Source of the DNA: Hydrolagus colliei
Taxonomy: Eukaryota
Direction of reading: 5' to 3'
Length of the DNA: 64,000 bases
NCBI GenBank assembly: GCA_035084275.1
Contig: CM068754.1
Coordinates: 8,370,001 to 8,434,000, forward strand
A program made the translations under genes and the position numbers. Each line of letters begins with the position of its first letter. Within the stretch, counting starts at the first letter, position 1. Shown in pieces: positions 63,066-64,000 of this stretch. The notes beneath the pieces are model-generated. The model was not told the origin of the DNA. It was given only the letters and a program-made list of their open reading frames with translations, and searched no databases.

Positions 63066-64000
63066 TCTGTTGGTTGACTGCAGACACTAATGAGAGGTTG
63101 AAGCTTGCCTCGCTGGAATGAACAACTGTCACTGCTCTATCGCTGTCTAACTCGTAACAGTCAAAATGAATGTTCCAGCATGTTTCAATCAGTTCCCTGC
63201 CCCCCCTGTCGGAATAACATCTTCTGATTTATATAGGTATTAAAACTCCAGTCCATATAGTAAAATAGTAAATTGATAGGATGATTTGGTTTACAATGAG
63301 CTCAGTGCTTACCAGCTCTGAATGTGGTAAAATTCAATAGGAATTACTATTCTCTGGCTCTTCACTTTACTTTTACCTCTAAGTAGGTGGATTGAAGTGT
63401 CGATCTCTTTCTTGCTGAATTTTGAGTGGGCTGCAGCCTTGAAATTACACCCAAGCAAACCTCAATAATTGCAATAAAGCGCAATTCTTCGGTCTGTCTG
63501 TCTGTCTGAGGATTTTGTTCTGTTTTGGGATTCACTTTTTGTGCCAGGAGCAGCTGTCCGTGCACTTCATGTCCCTGTTGTCGGGTGACATTCAGACTAA
63601 AGAAGTTGTGTTTTGCTGAGAAATATGGGCAATGCCCACAGAGGATAACATCACCCAGGCTGCTGAAACATGAGAGGAGAAACAAGAAGGAAGTCAATCA
63701 CATACGGTTTGGTTTGAACAAAAAAATACTACAAATTGTGGGAGGAAGGAAAGTTTGGGGGACATAGGGAAATCAACAGCTTTGAGGTCCTGGGAAAACG
63801 TGGGTTTGAGTAGGAGAGACGGTGTGTTGTGATGAGCTTTGATTTCAACATCGTGAGATGTGGAGTGGAGGAACATGCATTTTTGGCACTTGGGTGGAGC
63901 AAGATAAGAAAGTTCAAGGAACAATAATCTTTGAAGCAAGAATGCGACAAAGTGAACCAAGCTGACACACGTTGAGCACAATTATGATGTGCTGTATAAG

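Overview
AT-rich vertebrate non-coding DNA (large intron or intergenic region) with a 426-N assembly gap. The repeat content (tRNA-headed SINEs with L2-type tails, L2 and CR1 3' ends, a Deu-domain SINE, an LF-SINE-like relic, a Penelope remnant) points to a cartilaginous fish, plausibly elephant shark; that assignment is an inference. No host protein-coding gene can be supported, and most short ORFs in the track are repeat-derived or chance. The main feature is a ~6.0 kb class I (gamma/epsilon-like) endogenous retrovirus at 54107-60086. It has two ~98% identical LTRs, a 5-bp target-site duplication (ATAAG), a perfect tRNA-Pro PBS, a PPT, and gag and pol in one frame broken only by nonsense codons. 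It has no protease domain (the gag stop abuts the start of RT) and env is reduced to a fused N-terminal/C-terminal stub. Other notable items: an inverted pair of Penelope-type repeats each carrying a minimal hammerhead ribozyme motif (22073-22568), a young CpG-rich hAT MITE with an 8-bp TSD (43612-43990), a second long-TIR foldback element (21222-21764) and a U2 snRNA 5' fragment. Repeat family names come from recalled consensus sequences and by-eye alignment, not database searches; boundaries of old repeats are approximate.
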